64,000 bases of DNA. Origin: Felis catus. Its lineage: Eukaryota. Where the stretch lies: assembly GCF_018350175.1 (NCBI RefSeq), contig NC_058368.1, forward strand, positions 144,090,001-144,154,000, read 5' to 3'. Shown here piece after piece: positions 25,301-39,143 of the stretch. Every line of letters starts with the position of its first letter. Within the stretch, counting starts at the first letter, position 1. The notes under the pieces were generated by a model. That model worked only from the letters and a program-made list of their open reading frames with translations, did no database searches and had not been told where the DNA came from. The position numbers and the translations under genes are program-made.

Positions 25301-25419
25301 TCCCAACTTGTGCTCTGTTTTTCTCTCTCTCAAAAATAAACATTAAAAAATTAAAATATTCATGATATATTATTTGGTACATATTCACATCTCTTTTATC
25401 TTAATGAAAAATTAATTAT

Positions 25420-26880
25420 TAAAGGGGGGTCATACACTGTCCAGGGCCTGGCCCTTCAGGAGGTGTTTTTTGGAGAGTGTGACTTGCTCTCTGTTGTTGT
25501 GACTTTGGTTATTTTATTTCCCTAGTCGTAGTGATGTTTTGGACCATCCACCAGGTGTGCTTTGATTTGTTCCTTGAAGTAGCCCTGTAAAGGAAAACAA
25601 ACAGACAAACAGGAAACAAAAACACACATATCAAACAAACAAAAACAAAAAACCTAAAAACTAAAAACAATCCAAAAGCAAAAAACCAGAAACACCAGCT
25701 ACAAGTAAAGAACAGGGTGGAGGCGATGCTGATGGAAAAGCACATAGAGAGAGAGAAATGACACGGGAGGGGAAAAAGAAAAAATAAACATTGACCAGGC
25801 AGAGGGACTAAAAGCCTTAATCCAGAGAGAAAAGGAAAATCAGAAAGGCAGGGAAAAAGAAACGAAGATAAAGTTACCCAGAGAGAGAAACTATACGGCT
25901 TGATTATTCCAGAGAGAGAGAAAGGAGTGTAAAGAAGGAGGTGTAGAACATGTATCAAGAGAATGGATTAAATATGTCTGTTTAAACAAACCAATGACTA
26001 AAGTACCCAGCCTACAGGAGGGAAGAGATAAGAGGGAGAAATGGGTCAGGGGGAGAATATATCTAAATAACAAGAATTGTGCTAGAATTAATCCAGGCTA
26101 CGCAATAGCACTGGTCTGGAGGATGGAGCCGTCTGGTTCCACAGCGTCAATCCCACTCCAAAAGATACGCAGTTACCCAGCGTTGGAGGGGCATGGTTTG
26201 GTGTAGGCTGGTCCCACCTTCACTGTGGGCCCCGCGGACGAATACCTGAGGCCCCACCTTGGCGGTGGTGGGAAGAAAAATGGCGGCTCCCAGTCTCTTC
26301 TCCATGACCCCGTGTGTCAAATCACTCCTTTGGAGCCATCCTCACTGTGCCGTGGGTGCAGAGGAGACTGTCTCCGCTGACTCCTTTGCCCCGGGGGCTT
26401 GGCTGGGAGTTAAACTCCCGCTCAGTGCGCCCCAGTACTGGGTAAGCACCTCCCCATATGAGGTCCCGGCTGGTTTTGTCCTGTGCCAGAGTCCTTCAGG
26501 GGAGGGAACCGGTTTCTCCTGTGCAGACTGCACCCCGATCTACCGCTGAACCCGGGTGGCTCCCCTCTTCCCCAGGTGTGCGAGCGGGGCAGCGGGCCCC
26601 AGTCCAAAGATGGGACCTGCAGTTAGAGATCCTCTAACCTGCAGTTAGAGGTGGGACCCCTCTCCATCCCAGTCCAAGGTTTCTTTTCCCTTGTCCAGAT
26701 ACAGCCCTACGCTTCCCCAGCTGCTCTTTCTCTTCCCTTTGTGGGTAGAAGGGGATCCCTCCCCTCCGTGCCTACACGGCCCGTTTTATCTCCCCCAGTT
26801 CGCAATCACCCACCTATGGTCTCTCAAGTTGTCCTGATTTCTCCCCGGTAGACTCAGTCTCTTTTCCTCCCAGACTCTTC
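25420..26880 (-). mobile_element. Carnivore L1 5'UTR fragment (no ORFs, no poly(A))
   Basis: A GC/CpG-rich segment followed by a pyrimidine-rich tract and 'cagggctacttcaaggaacaaatcaaagcacac...gggccaggccctggacagtgtatgacccccc' on the - strand, as I recall for carnivore L1 5'UTRs. Confidence 0.75.
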
Positions 26881-27859
26881 AATGAAGAGTTAATTATAAG
26901 TTTATTATTAAAAGGTCTTGGTCTGTTGATTGATATTTTACCTGAACTCACATTGTCTTTGGCCTGAATACTTGGCTATATATTTTTTTGAAAAATAAAT
27001 TTATAGTTTTATTTTTCATTCATTTTTTGAAGAGTGATTTATTGTCATTAAAAAAATAGTTTTTAACCTATAGAAAAGTTGCAAAACACTTTCTACATCT
27101 GTTACCCAGATTCCCCAATTGTTAACTTTTTCCTGCATTTATTTATTATTTCTCTGTGTTTTTTTTCTATTTATATTTTTTCCTGGCATGATGCCTTGTT
27201 ATCCTTAAGTACTCCCGAGTGTACTTCCTCAAGCAAAGGCAGGCTTCTATATTACTACTATGCAGCCTCCCAATCAGAAAACCAGCATTAATACAACAGT
27301 ACCATGCAGTCCTCAGACCCATTCAGATTTTATCAACCATTCAAAAAAATGCTTCTTTTTTCCTTGGGGTACAAGAAACCTTCTGAGAACATGTCTTATA
27401 TTTAGTTGTCATGTCTCATCAGTCTCCTTCAGTCTGGAATAGTTCCTCAGTCTTTCCCAATCTCATATACTTGACAGTCTTAAAAAATGACAGGGCTTTT
27501 ATTATGAAAGATGTTCTCAACTTGGATCAGTTCGATATTTTCCTCATTTTTCTCATGCTTGTGTTCTTAGGAGACTTAGGTACTTTCCCTGTCCCATTTC
27601 TCAAATTGACCACTTCTTCAAGGATAACTGCTTGATTACAGTGGCGGATAGTATTTAGAAAGTGAAATCTGGGAGTTTGGTATGATCATTGCTACTCAAG
27701 TGTCATTGCTTCTAGGACATCTCAGTGGACAGAGCTAGTAAATACTTGTCTGTGTTTATGTGTGATTACAGTGTGTGTATGTGTATGTGTGTGTATTTGT
27801 GTGTACAAACACACACCATGCATACACACACACATACACACACAATATATACATCTAAA

Positions 27860-30800
27860 ACCATTTTTTTAAGTTTATTTATTTTAATAGAGAGTGGGGA
27901 TTGAGAGAGAGAGAGAATCCCAAGCAAGGTGCAGAGCCCAAGTGCAGAGCCCAATGTGGGGCTCGATCCCATCAACTGTAAGATCATGACCTGAGCCAAA
28001 ATCAAGAGTCAGACACTTAACCAAGTGAGCCACCCAGGCACCCCTACATCTATAGCCATTTCTATGTGTATATATACATATATAAAATCCATGAGTTCAT
28101 AATGAAATTCTAATTTCAACCCCAACCTCTTAGGGTTCTTTCTAGCAGTCTTTTCTTTGTTATAAATTTCTTATCAGATACTTAGATACCTGACTCCCAC
28201 TAATTTAATCTAATAGCCGTTTAAAAGAAGAGTTTAGGGGCGCCTGGGTGGCGCAGTCGGTTAAGCGTCCGACTTCAGCCAGGTCACGATCTCGTGGTCC
28301 GTGAGTTCGAGCCCCGCGTCAGGCTCTGGGCTGATGGCTCGGAGCCTGGAGCGTGTTTCCGATTCTGTGTCTCCCTCTCTCTCTGCCCCTCCCCCGTTCA
28401 TGCTCTGTCTCTCTCTGTCCCAAAAATAAATAAACGTTGAAAAAAAAAAAAAAAGAAGAGTTTAACTTATTTACATTATTTATAAAAAGACAGATATGTT
28501 GGTCTTGTTTGGTCTTGTTTCTGTCATTTTTTTTGAAGTAGCATACTTGTTACTTTGTATAGCATTGAAAACATTTCTTTCTTTTTTTGAGAGAGAGAGA
28601 ATGGGGGAGGGGCAGAGAAAGAAGGAGAGAGAGAATCTTAAGCAGGTTCCACACTTAGTGTGGAGCCCCACTCAGAGTTCAATCTCACGACCATGAGATC
28701 ATGACTGTGAGATCATGGCCTGGACCGAAGTCAAGAGTCTGACACTTAACTGAGCTACCCAGTCACCCCTGAAAATACTTCACTGTAGCTGTTTCCTTTG
28801 CTTTGTATTTTAATTTTAATAATTTGTGAGGTTCATTTTTCCCTTTTGATTATTCATGACTGTAATTTCCATAAAGTGTGCTTAATCTGCTTCTTTAAAG
28901 GTACCTGTTAATTTCTTCCTGTGAACAATAATAAAATTAGTGTACTTCTTTACTCCTTTCACCTAATTTTGACTGTACTCTCTTTTATTGTCAACTTTGA
29001 ACTTTGTAGTCAATGGTAAATTGGCTGTCTATAAAATTCTTGGCTCACAGTGCCTTTCCTTGAGGATTTTGAAAACATTGCTCCTCTGGTTTCTACTGAG
29101 TTTTGATGTGGAAAAGGGTGAAGCCAGTCTGATTTTTTTTTCTTCTTTTAAGTGTCTTGATTTGGCAGGAGTTATTGGGGGACAACTGAATGTAGAAAGT
29201 GTTGTTTTCAGTATATAGATTAAAATGTCTTTTCTGGAATAGATCTGTGAATTATATTTTGAAATACTTGTTTTATTTCATTTGTAAACTAAGTTTTCTC
29301 TTTCAGGGATTCTAGTTATGAATATTTAGATCTCTGTTGCCTATCTTTGGCATCTATTATTTTCTCTTTAGTCTTTCTTTGCTTTTTATTTGTTTGGATT
29401 TTATTTTTCTTGATTTTATAATTTGTCTTCTATATCTCTTACAATATTTTCCACAATGCTTGTTTTTCCTCATATATCTTCAGACTTCACTTTATTTCTA
29501 TAATAGTATTAATTCTTTATTTCTTTCCTATAATCTGCCAATTAGTGTTTCATTATGTCTTCAGTACCATCTTGCAACCTCTTCCATAGCTCATATCTCT
29601 GCTTTGTGCTCTTTCTTCAAAGGAGCAGTTGCATCATTTAAAAAATGTTGGTTATGGCTTTCATCTGCCTTGATGGTTTTCTTTAAATTTTACATATATT
29701 TCACCTATCTGATAGTTTTTTATTTTGTTACTTTTTAATTTTTTTTTAAGTTTATTTATTTTGAGAGAGAGGGTGCCCATGAACAGGGGAGGGGCAGAGA
29801 GAGAGGGAGAGAGAGAATCCCAAGCAGACTCTGTACTGTCAGTGCTGAGCCCGACATGGGACTCAAGCCAATTAACTGAGCTGAAATTAAGAGTCAGACA
29901 TTTAACTGACTGAGCCACCCAGGTGCCCATATCTGACAGTTTTTTTTAAAGATGATGTTTTTATTTCTCCATCTGCCATTTATTTATCCTTATTATTTTC
30001 TTATACTCTTGTACTTCTCCTTATTTTATTTTGATTACTGCAGTTTATTTTTTTACTTTTTAAAGTTTATTTATTTATTTGGGGTGGAGAGGGGCAGAGA
30101 TAGAGGGAGAGAGAGAGAATCCCAAGTAGGCTCCGTGCTGTCAATGCAGAGTCCAATGTGGGGATTGAACCCAAAAATCGTGAGATCATGACCTCAGCTG
30201 AAGTTGAATGCTTAACTGACTGAGCCACCCAGGTGCCCCAATTACTGCATTTTAGAGAAAGTCATTTTTTTTTTTTCTGGACAGGCTACTTGCCCAAAGT
30301 GCATATTGCAGAGGAATTAAAACTATGCTTCTTATGACCAGAGAGTTTTATGTGTGAGTGTGTTTAGCCTTTAACGTTTCCCAGTGAATAGAGGTAGGCA
30401 GTTGTGGTATCTCTAAGTAAAATCTTTTATTTATTTCTTGCATTTAAAATTTTGAGTTTCCACAGGACTAAATAGTCTGATGTGCACAACTGTGACTTTT
30501 CTGTGTTAACTCTTTCCTTGTTTCTATAACTTCTTGGGACCAAACCTACCCCAAGAAAGCCTCCATTTGTAGCTCAGGGATGCCATTCCCACTGTTGCAA
30601 AGTGTTTAGGTAGAGTCTGCCCCTCATCTAGAAGTGTCTTTGGTAGGCTTTCTCTGTAATCTACAGACATGGGCAAATTCTCTTCACTTCCTTACATACT
30701 CATCTGGCTTTAATCTCTGTTACTGTTGGAAACTTTTCACCTGTTTTATAATTTTTAGTTTCAGTTCTTTCTTAATTTCATTGAAGATGGGGTTTCTATT

Positions 30801-31913
30801 TTCATTCTTTTGTTCTTTTTGCTGCCCCTGGGTAATTCCTAGGAGGAAAAAGAGGCAGTGCTGACTTTAGGCTGCTATGTTCAAAAAAGAAGTTTCTACC
30901 TCCTATTTCTTTCATTACTACTACCTTAGTTTTCTCATGTTCTATGAAGTCATTTTCTTTCCTAAAATTTCTCATTTGAATATTGCACTCTGTTCAAGTC
31001 AAATTCTTATTTTTTAAGATTACTTTATTTATTTTGAGAGAGAGAGAGTGACCAGGAGAGGGGCAGAGAGAGAGGGAGAGAGAATTCCAAGCTCCGTGCT
31101 GTCAGCACAGAGCCTGACTTAGGGCTGGACCTCACAAAGTGTGAGGTCATGACCTGAGCCAAATATCAAGAGTCAAACGCTCAACCCAACCATATTCAAG
31201 TCAAATTCCTAAACTCTACAATTAAGTACTCATATTTACCCCCTTCAGTTTGAAACTCCCTTGTGTTTGGCTCCATGGCATTGCACCAAATGGATTTATC
31301 TACTTCTCCGTCTAGTTCTCTTTTGTTTTGTTTGTTTTGTTGAATTGTTTTTGGCTCTTTCTAATTTTGGAATTCTCTTAACGACATTTTTTTTTTTTGA
31401 GAGACAGAGAGAGAGCATGAACAGGGGAGGGGCAGAGAGAGAGAGAGAGAGAGAGGGATGCACTGAATCCAAAGCAGGCTCCAGGAAGCCTAATGTGGGG
31501 CTTAAACCCATGAATACAAGATCATGACCTGAGCTGAAGTCAGACGCTCAACTGACTCAGCCATGCAGGTACCCCTCTTAACAACATTTCTTTCACACTC
31601 TTTTTTAAATATGAAAGGTAAAATAGCAAAGCTTTAATGGAATATATCACTAGAGAATATCTTCATAACATTGGGGATGGAAAGGGATTCTTTTTTTTGT
31701 TTAATTTTTTTATAACATTCATTTATTATTGAGAGACAGACACAGAGCGTGAGCAGGGGAGAGGCAGTGAGAGGGGGAGACCCAGAATTGGAAGCAGGCT
31801 CCAGGCTCCGAGCTGTCAGCACAGAGCCCGACGCGGGGCTCGAACTCACAAACTACGAGATCATGGCCTGAGCCGAAGTCAGTCACCCAACCAACTGAGC
31901 CACCCAGACCCCA
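27860..31913 (-). mobile_element. Region with several antisense CanSINEs (~27865-28045, 28575-28770, 29735-29928, 30050-30240, 31010-31190, 31385-31575, 31690-31913) among degraded L1
   Basis: Repeated 'gagagagaatcccaagcaggct...gagatcatgacctgagc...gagccacccagg' text. Confidence 0.85.
28238..28452 (+). mobile_element. Young feline CanSINE
   Basis: Near-identical to 13188-13421; TSD AAAAGAAGAGTTTA. Confidence 0.95.
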
Positions 31914-32989
31914 AGAAGGGATTCTTAAGATATAAAAATCCCTAGCCATAAAGAATATGTTTGAGTAATTTGAATACATTAAAATTCAGAAATTGTTCCT
32001 GTCAAAAGATACCGTGAAGAGCATGAACAGATTAGGCACAGAGTTGGGAAATATTTTTGTATGTCAAAAGGGCTCTAATAGAGAATATACAAAGAAGTAT
32101 ATATTCTATTATTTGTATGTCACAATTTATTTGTTTTATTATTGAATGACATTTGGATTGTTTCATGGTTTTGACTGTTACAGGGATTGCTGCTGTGAAC
32201 ATACACACACACGCATGCACACACACACACATCCTGGTGTACATATGCCTGCATTTATAAAGGTTGTATAGGGAGGGAATATCTAGGAATAGAATTTCTA
32301 GGTCATAGAGTATTCATAGTTTCTACTTTAGTAGATAATGCTAAACCATGTTCTAAAGAAAATGGATTAACTGCAGCTACATGTTTCAACTTGGAGAAAT
32401 TTCACAAACTATATTCAGTAAAAGAACTAAGACCAAAAAATATTATATACCATATGATTCCATTTACATAAAAATAACTAACAGGCAAAAATTGAACTGT
32501 ACTTTTTACAGATGGATATATAGGCAGTAAATAAAGAAAAACAAGAAAATGGCTACCACCAAGGTCAAGGTTGTGAGGTCTCCAGGGGAGAGGAGAGGTT
32601 GTGATAGCACAGTGACATACAGGTACCTCCCAAGGTAGTGATGGCGATGGTATGCTCTCTTTCTTGATTTGTGTTTTGGGTACACTGGAGTTCATTTTAT
32701 AATAATTTGTTAAAATTCATATTTATGGTTTTATGGGTTTTTCCTATATATTTCATAATGAAAAGGGCTTAAAAAATAAAACCTGAGAACTGACTTGAAT
32801 GAACATAATTTAAGGTACCCTTAGGCAATTTGTCTTCCTATTTCACTTTAAATATAATAGAGGGAGGATTAAAAGAGGTACAGTAACTTTGTAGGGCTCT
32901 TTTTTTAATCTAAATCCGTATCTGTGTCACCATGGTGTTCAAATAAAGTAATAGATGCCATTTTAGCAAAAATATAGGGTTTTAAAAGT

Positions 32990-35900
32990 ATTTTTCCAGT
33001 TTTATTAGAAATAATTGAAATACATCAATATATACACCATGATAGTTAGATTTACATTTATTGTGAAATGATTATCATAATAGGTTCAGCAAACCTTTAT
33101 CTTTTCATATAAATACAGTAAAAAGAAAAAAAGGAAAAGGAAAAAATTCCCCTTGTGATGAGGACTCTTAGGATTTACTCTCAGGGCACCTGGGTGGCTC
33201 AGTTGATTTAGCATCCTACTCTTGATTTCAGCTCAGGTCATGATCTCCCAGTTCATGGGATCAAGCCCTGCGTTGGGATCTGTGTGACAGTGTGAGCCTG
33301 CTTGGGATTCTCTCTCTCCTCTCTCTCTACTCCTCCCCCTGTTTGTGCTCTCTCTTTCTCTCTCTCTCTCTCAAAATAAAGAAATAACCTTTTTTTTGTA
33401 AAAAAAGGATTCACTCTCTAAACACTTTTCCTATGTAATCATACAGCAGTGTTAACTCTACTCATCATTTTGTACATTACATCCTTAGTATTTATTTATC
33501 TTATAACTGGAAGTTTATACCTTTGACCACCTTCCTCTATTACCCCTTCCCCACCCTCGACCTCTGGTAACCACAAGACTGATCTCTTTTTCTGTGAAGG
33601 TTTTGTTTTTCTTTTAGTTTCTACATATAAGTTAGATTGTACAGTACTTCTTTTCCTGTCTAACTTGCTTTACTTAGCATAATGCCTTCAAAGTCCATCC
33701 ATCGTGTTGCAAATGGTAGGATTTCCCCATTTTTTTATGGCTGAATAATACTACATTGTATATATGTATATACTACAACTTTTTTATCCCTTCATCTATT
33801 GATGGACATGATTGTTTCAATGTCTTTGTTATTGTAAATAATGCTGATATGAACATGAGGGTGCAGATATTTTTTTGAATTGATGTTTTTGAATTGATGT
33901 TTTTGTTTCCTTTGGATATGTTCCCAGAAGTGGAATTGCTGGATCATATGGTAGTTCTATTTTTATTTTTTTGAGGGTCCTCCATACTATTTTTCATAGT
34001 GGCTGCACCAATTTATAATCCTACCAATAGTGCACAAGGGTTCCCTTTTCTTAACATCCATGCCAGCATTTGTTATCTTGCACCTTGTTGATGATGGCCA
34101 TACTAACATGTATGAGGTGATATCTCATTGTGGTTTAGATTTACATTTCCATAATGACTAGTGATGTTAAGTATCTTTTCATTACCTGTTGGCCTTTCAT
34201 ATATCTTCTTTGGAAAAATGTCTTTCCCCATTTTTAAATTAGGCTATTTGATGGTTTTTTTGCTATAATTTATCGCTGTTAGGTTTTTTTTTTTTTTTTT
34301 TTTTGCTGTTAGTTCTTTATGTATTTTGGATATTAACTCCTTACCTAATATACGGTTTGCAAATATTTTTTCCCATTCCCTAAGTTGTTTTTTCAATTTG
34401 TTGCTGTGAGGAAACCTTTTTAGTTTGATTTAATCCCACCTGTTTATTTTTTATTTTGTTGCTTGTACTTTAGGTGTCATATCCAAACAATCATTACCAA
34501 GACCTATGTCAGGGAGCTTTTTTCCTATGTTTTCTTGTAGGAGTTTTATGGTTTCAGGTCTTATTTTTAAGTCTTTAACCCATTTCAAGTTAATTTTCAT
34601 GACTGGTTTAAGATATAGGTTCAGTTTCATTCTTTTCCGTGTGATTATCCAATTATCCTAGTACCATATATTGAAGAGACTTTTTTTCTCCTTTGAATAT
34701 CCTTGGCTTCCTTGTCAAATACTAGTTGGCAGTTTATACTTGGGTTTATTTTTTGGCTCTTGATTCTGTTCGCTTTGTCTATTTGTCTGTTTTTATGCCA
34801 ATACCACACTGTTTTGATGACTATTGCTATATAGTATAACTTGAAATCAGGAAGTATAATGCCTCCTGCTTTATTCTTCTTTTTCCAGATTTCTTTGGCT
34901 ATTCAGGGTCTTTCATGGTTCCATATAAATTTTAGGAGATTTTTTTTCTACTTCTGTAAAAAATGCCATTGGAATCTTGATAGAGATTGCATTGAATCTT
35001 TTGGTGGGATTAACGTCTTAATAATATTAATTCTTCCACTATGTGAAGACAGGATACCTTTCCTTTTCTTTGTGTCTTCTTTGATTTCTTTCATCCATGT
35101 CTTACAGTTTTCAGCATAAAAATTTTTCATTTCCTGGTTAAATCTATTCCTATGTCTTTTATTGTTTTTGATGCTGTTGTAAATGACATCAATTTCTTTA
35201 TTTCTTTTTCAGAAATTTCACTGTTATAGAAATGCTACTGATTTTTTTTGTATGTTAATTTTGTATCCTGCAACTTTACTGAAATCATTGATTACATCTA
35301 ACAGATTTCTGGTTGAGTCTTTATACCAAATCTATGTATAAAAGTATGTCATCTGCAAACAGAGACAATTGTACTTCTTTCTTTCTAATTCTTATAGCTT
35401 TTACTTCTTTTTCTTGCCTGATTGCTGTAGCTAGGACTTCCAGTACTGTGTTGAATAGGAGTGGTGAGAGTGAGCATCCTAGTCTTGTTCCTGATCTTAG
35501 AGGAAAAGTTTTCATCCTGTCACCACTGAGTATGGTGTTAGCTGTGGACTTGTCATATATGGCCTTTATTATGTTGAGCTATGTTCCTTCTGAGCCTAAT
35601 TTACTGAGTTTTTATCATGAGTGGGTGGTGAATGTTGTCAAATGCTTTTTTGTACTTACTGAAATGATCATATGATTCTTTTCTTTCATTCCATTAAATG
35701 TGACATGTAACATTGATTGATTTGTGTGTGTTGAACTATCTTTGCATCACAGAGATAAATCCCACTTGATCATGGTGTATGATCTTTTATTGTGCTGCAG
35801 AATTCAATGTGGTAGTATTTTACTGGGAATTTTTACATCTGTATTCGTCAGGGATATTGGTTTATAGATTTCCTTTTTAGTAGTGTTCTTTTCTAGTTTT

Positions 35901-36143
35901 GGTGTCAGGATAATGCTGATCTTGTCAAATAAATTTAGAATTGTTTCCTTCTCTTCAGTTATTTGGAAAAGTTGGAGAAGAATTGGTTTTAATTCTTTAA
36001 ATGTTTAGAAAATTCACCAGTGAAGCCACCTGGTCCTGGGCTTTTCTTCATTAGGAAGTTTTTAATTACTGATTCAATTTCTTTACTAGTAATTGATCTA
36101 TCCATATTTTAAATTTCTTTCTGATTCAGTCTTGGTAAGTCAT
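32990..36143 (-). mobile_element. ~3 kb antisense L1 (ORF2 3' half plus 3'UTR) with a CanSINE at ~33184-33400
   Basis: Minus-strand ORF fragments '[26 protein letters not shown]...SLFADD' and 'NFYAENCKTWMKEIKEDT'. Confidence 0.92.
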
Positions 36144-36172
36144 AAGAAATATAGTTTGTAAAGTAATTCCTA

Positions 36173-36174
<2 letters not shown>

Positions 36175-36221
<47 letters not shown>
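36175..36221. repeat. (GT)n microsatellite
   Basis: More than 20 uninterrupted GT units. Confidence 0.95.
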
Positions 36222-36223
<2 letters not shown>

Positions 36224-36524
36224 CCTCGCTTGTAGTTTAAAATTTCTTTTTGGTTTGCCACATAATGCTGCTATGGAATGAAATTCAAAATACTTTTCTC
36301 TGTTACATTTCCAGAATGATGTCACCATCCTTAAGGACAGGAATATGTCAACATAGCAAGAACATATACCTTGGTTAGATTATTTCTTATTAATAGTAGA
36401 AGAGGTGCTTTGGAGATTCCTTCCTGGATTCTGACATGTTTATGGGGAAAACAAATGTGAAGCTACTTACCAGCTTTGCATTTTCTCAGTCTCTGATGCA
36501 CTAGGAGTATTGTGGATTTTTTAA

Positions 36525-36590
36525 GAGTTTTTTTTAAGTTTATTTATTTTGAGAGAGAAAGAGAGTGAGAGAGAGCCTGTGCAAGGGAGG

Positions 36591-36632
<42 letters not shown>

Positions 36633-36755
36633 CCCAAGCAGGCTCCATGCTGCTAGCACAGAGCCTGATGCGGGGCTTGATTCCATCAACTGTGAGATCA
36701 TGACCTGAGCCAAAATCAAGAGTTGGATGCTTAACCAACTCAGCCACTCAGGTGC
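36525..36755 (-). mobile_element. CanSINE with expanded (GA)n
   Basis: Antisense SINE text. Confidence 0.85.
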
Positions 36756-37488
36756 ACTGTGACAAGAGTACTTTAATAGAAGTAATGTTTACTGAAAGAA
36801 TATACAATTTAAGTAACATTAAAATTCTGAATATATTCTTCACATCCATAATAAATCTGCGTATGTTATTATTGTTTTTTTAACTCCAGAAATGGATCTG
36901 AATTTATTCTGTTTGGCATCCTTAGTGACATCTCTTGGCATTCTTATATCTCATGTAACCCACCCCCCCACCACCCGCCACCGACCAGAAGGGAGAGCAG
37001 GGCCATTTATAAGTGAATATGAATGTTGGTAATATCAGTGACATTTACATCTCTTCATAATCTCTTGCAGTCATGCTTTTGACTCTACCCAGCCTGCTGA
37101 AAAAAAAACCAAGTTAGATGTGTAGCTTTTGTGTAGGGAACAGATTCCTTGATCAGCAATACAATCTCTTTAGTTTTTTTGTCCAAAATTTGGCCCATTT
37201 TCAGTGTTACCAGTCTGGGTTTCCAAAGCCATTTAACATTCTTGTAACTCAGATATAGCAGTTACCTAATTTAGCTGACAGCAATGTGAATTTTTTTTTT
37301 CTCTCTAGTCCTTTTGATGTTGATGAAACAGAAACTATATGTTCTAGCACTGCTAATTAATTTTTTTGTCTGTGTGAATTTGGGTTAAAGATAAATGAGA
37401 GTAACTATTTTTAGGCTTATTGGAATTCCTCATCACTGTCTCTTATCTTTTACTTTTCACTGTATAATTCTGTTTTATTTTAATGCAG

Positions 37489-37648
37489 GTACAGCCTGAC
37501 TATTTGGACTGGGAAAAATGATAACTATTCCATTGAAGATTTACTTTGCATTAGAGACCATTTTGACAAAAAACAAGTTTTCTATGACATCTTGGAACCA
37601 CAAAACCATGAATTTAAGCAAGCCATTGGAGTCAAAGTTAATCTCTAA
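37489..37648 (+). CDS. FAM151B: FAM151B coding exon 6 (YSLTIWTGKNDNYSIEDLLCIRDHFDKKQVFYDILEPQNHEFKQAIGVKVNL*)
   Basis: Acceptor taatgcag|G; TAA at 37646-37648. Exon lengths 25+126+166+218+136+160 = 831 nt = 276 aa + stop. This frame is absent from the ORF track. Confidence 0.95.
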
Positions 37649-37835
37649 GAAGATTCTTCTAAGTTATTTCATGTTTTGGTTTCATAATCCCCTGCTTTGG
37701 TCTGAACTAATTACCACATAAATTATGATGATTGATTTATTCTCCACATCATCTAATCAAAGAACACTTAGTGCTTACTTTATTAGGCATATATCCTTAT
37801 GATACTGTACTTACTTAAAAGATTTGGAAAGAAGA

Positions 37836-38056
37836 GGGGTGCCTGGGTGGCTCAGTCAGTTAAGTGTCCAACTTTGGCTTGGGTTATGATCTCACAGCTC
37901 ATGGGCTCAAGCCCCATGTCCAGCTCATGGGTTCAAGCCCCATGTCAGGCTCTATGCTGACAGCTCAGAGCCTGGAGCCTGCTTCTGTCGCTCTCTGCCT
38001 CTACCCCACTCATGCTGTGTCTTTCTCTCAAATATAAATAAACATTAAAAATTTTT
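37836..38056 (+). mobile_element. CanSINE in the FAM151B 3'UTR region
   Basis: TSD TTAAAAGATTTGGAAA; internal 26-nt tandem duplication at 37895-37946. Confidence 0.9.
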
Positions 38057-38355
38057 TTAAAAGATTTGGAAATAAGATATTTCAGTGGGCCTGTTCTAAT
38101 AATAATTTAGGAAGATTATGCTTTAAAAACCTTTATAAAAATATGATTTTGATATACTGAAGGTAATTGAAAGAATTTACATGTTATAGCTTGGATATAA
38201 ATCACATTTTGTTGCCACTTGTATTACAGAGATTCAACAAAACTCTGGCACCTTCTTTCTTTTTTCCTGGAGAACTGGTTATTTCAGAAATTACAGAAGA
38301 GTAAGAGGGCTTTAAAAATGTTCTTTCACACAGGTGAGCACCTTTCTCATGACAG

Positions 38356-38361
38356 AATAAA
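38356..38361 (+). terminator. FAM151B: Candidate native FAM151B polyadenylation signal
   Basis: First non-repeat AATAAA I can see after the stop codon; GT/T-rich sequence further downstream. Confidence 0.4.
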
Positions 38362-38541
38362 ATCCACTTACTGAAAACAATATAGATTAAATTAGATGGA
38401 TCTAACATTTCCATATTGTTGGGAGCATGCTGGCAACTGTGTATGTATTTTGTATTCTTTATTTCCATCATAATATTTTATCTATAGTGAGTACAATACT
38501 ACTGGAGAGCATAATTTTTTTTTATTTAGCCACATGGTTTC

Positions 38542-39143
38542 TTTTTTTTTATGATACAATTTATTGTCAAATTGGCTTACATACAGCACCCAGTGTTCAT
38601 CCCAACAGGTGCCCTCCTCAATGCCCATCACCCATTTTCCAATCTCCCCCACCCCCATCCACCCTCAGTTTGGTCTCTGTATTTAAGAGTCTCTTATGGT
38701 TTGCCTTCCTCCCTCTCTGTTTGTAACTATTTTTTCCCCTTTCCCTCCCCCATGGTCTTCTGTTAAGCTTCTCAAGATCCACATATGAGTGAAAAGATAT
38801 GGTATCTGTCTTTCTCTGCCTGGCTTATTTCACTTAACATAATACCCTCCAGTTCCATCCACATTGCTGCAAATGACCAGATTTCATTCTTCCTCATTGC
38901 CAAGTAGTATTCCATTGTATATATAAACCACATCTTCTTTATCCATTCATCAGTTGATGGCCATTTAGGCTCTTTCCATAATTTGGCTATTGGTGAGTGT
39001 GCCTCTATAAACATTGGGGTACAAGTGCCCCTATGCATCAGCACTCCTGTATCCCTTGGGTATATCCCTAGCACTGCTATTGCTGGGTCATAGGGTAGTT
39101 CTATTTTTAATTTTTTGAGGAACCTTCACACTATCTTCCAGAG
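38542..39143 (-). mobile_element. 5'-truncated carnivore L1 3' end
   Basis: Minus-strand ORF 38772-39074 'LGIYPRDT...WIKKMWFIYTMEYY' plus the L1 3'UTR. Confidence 0.92.
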
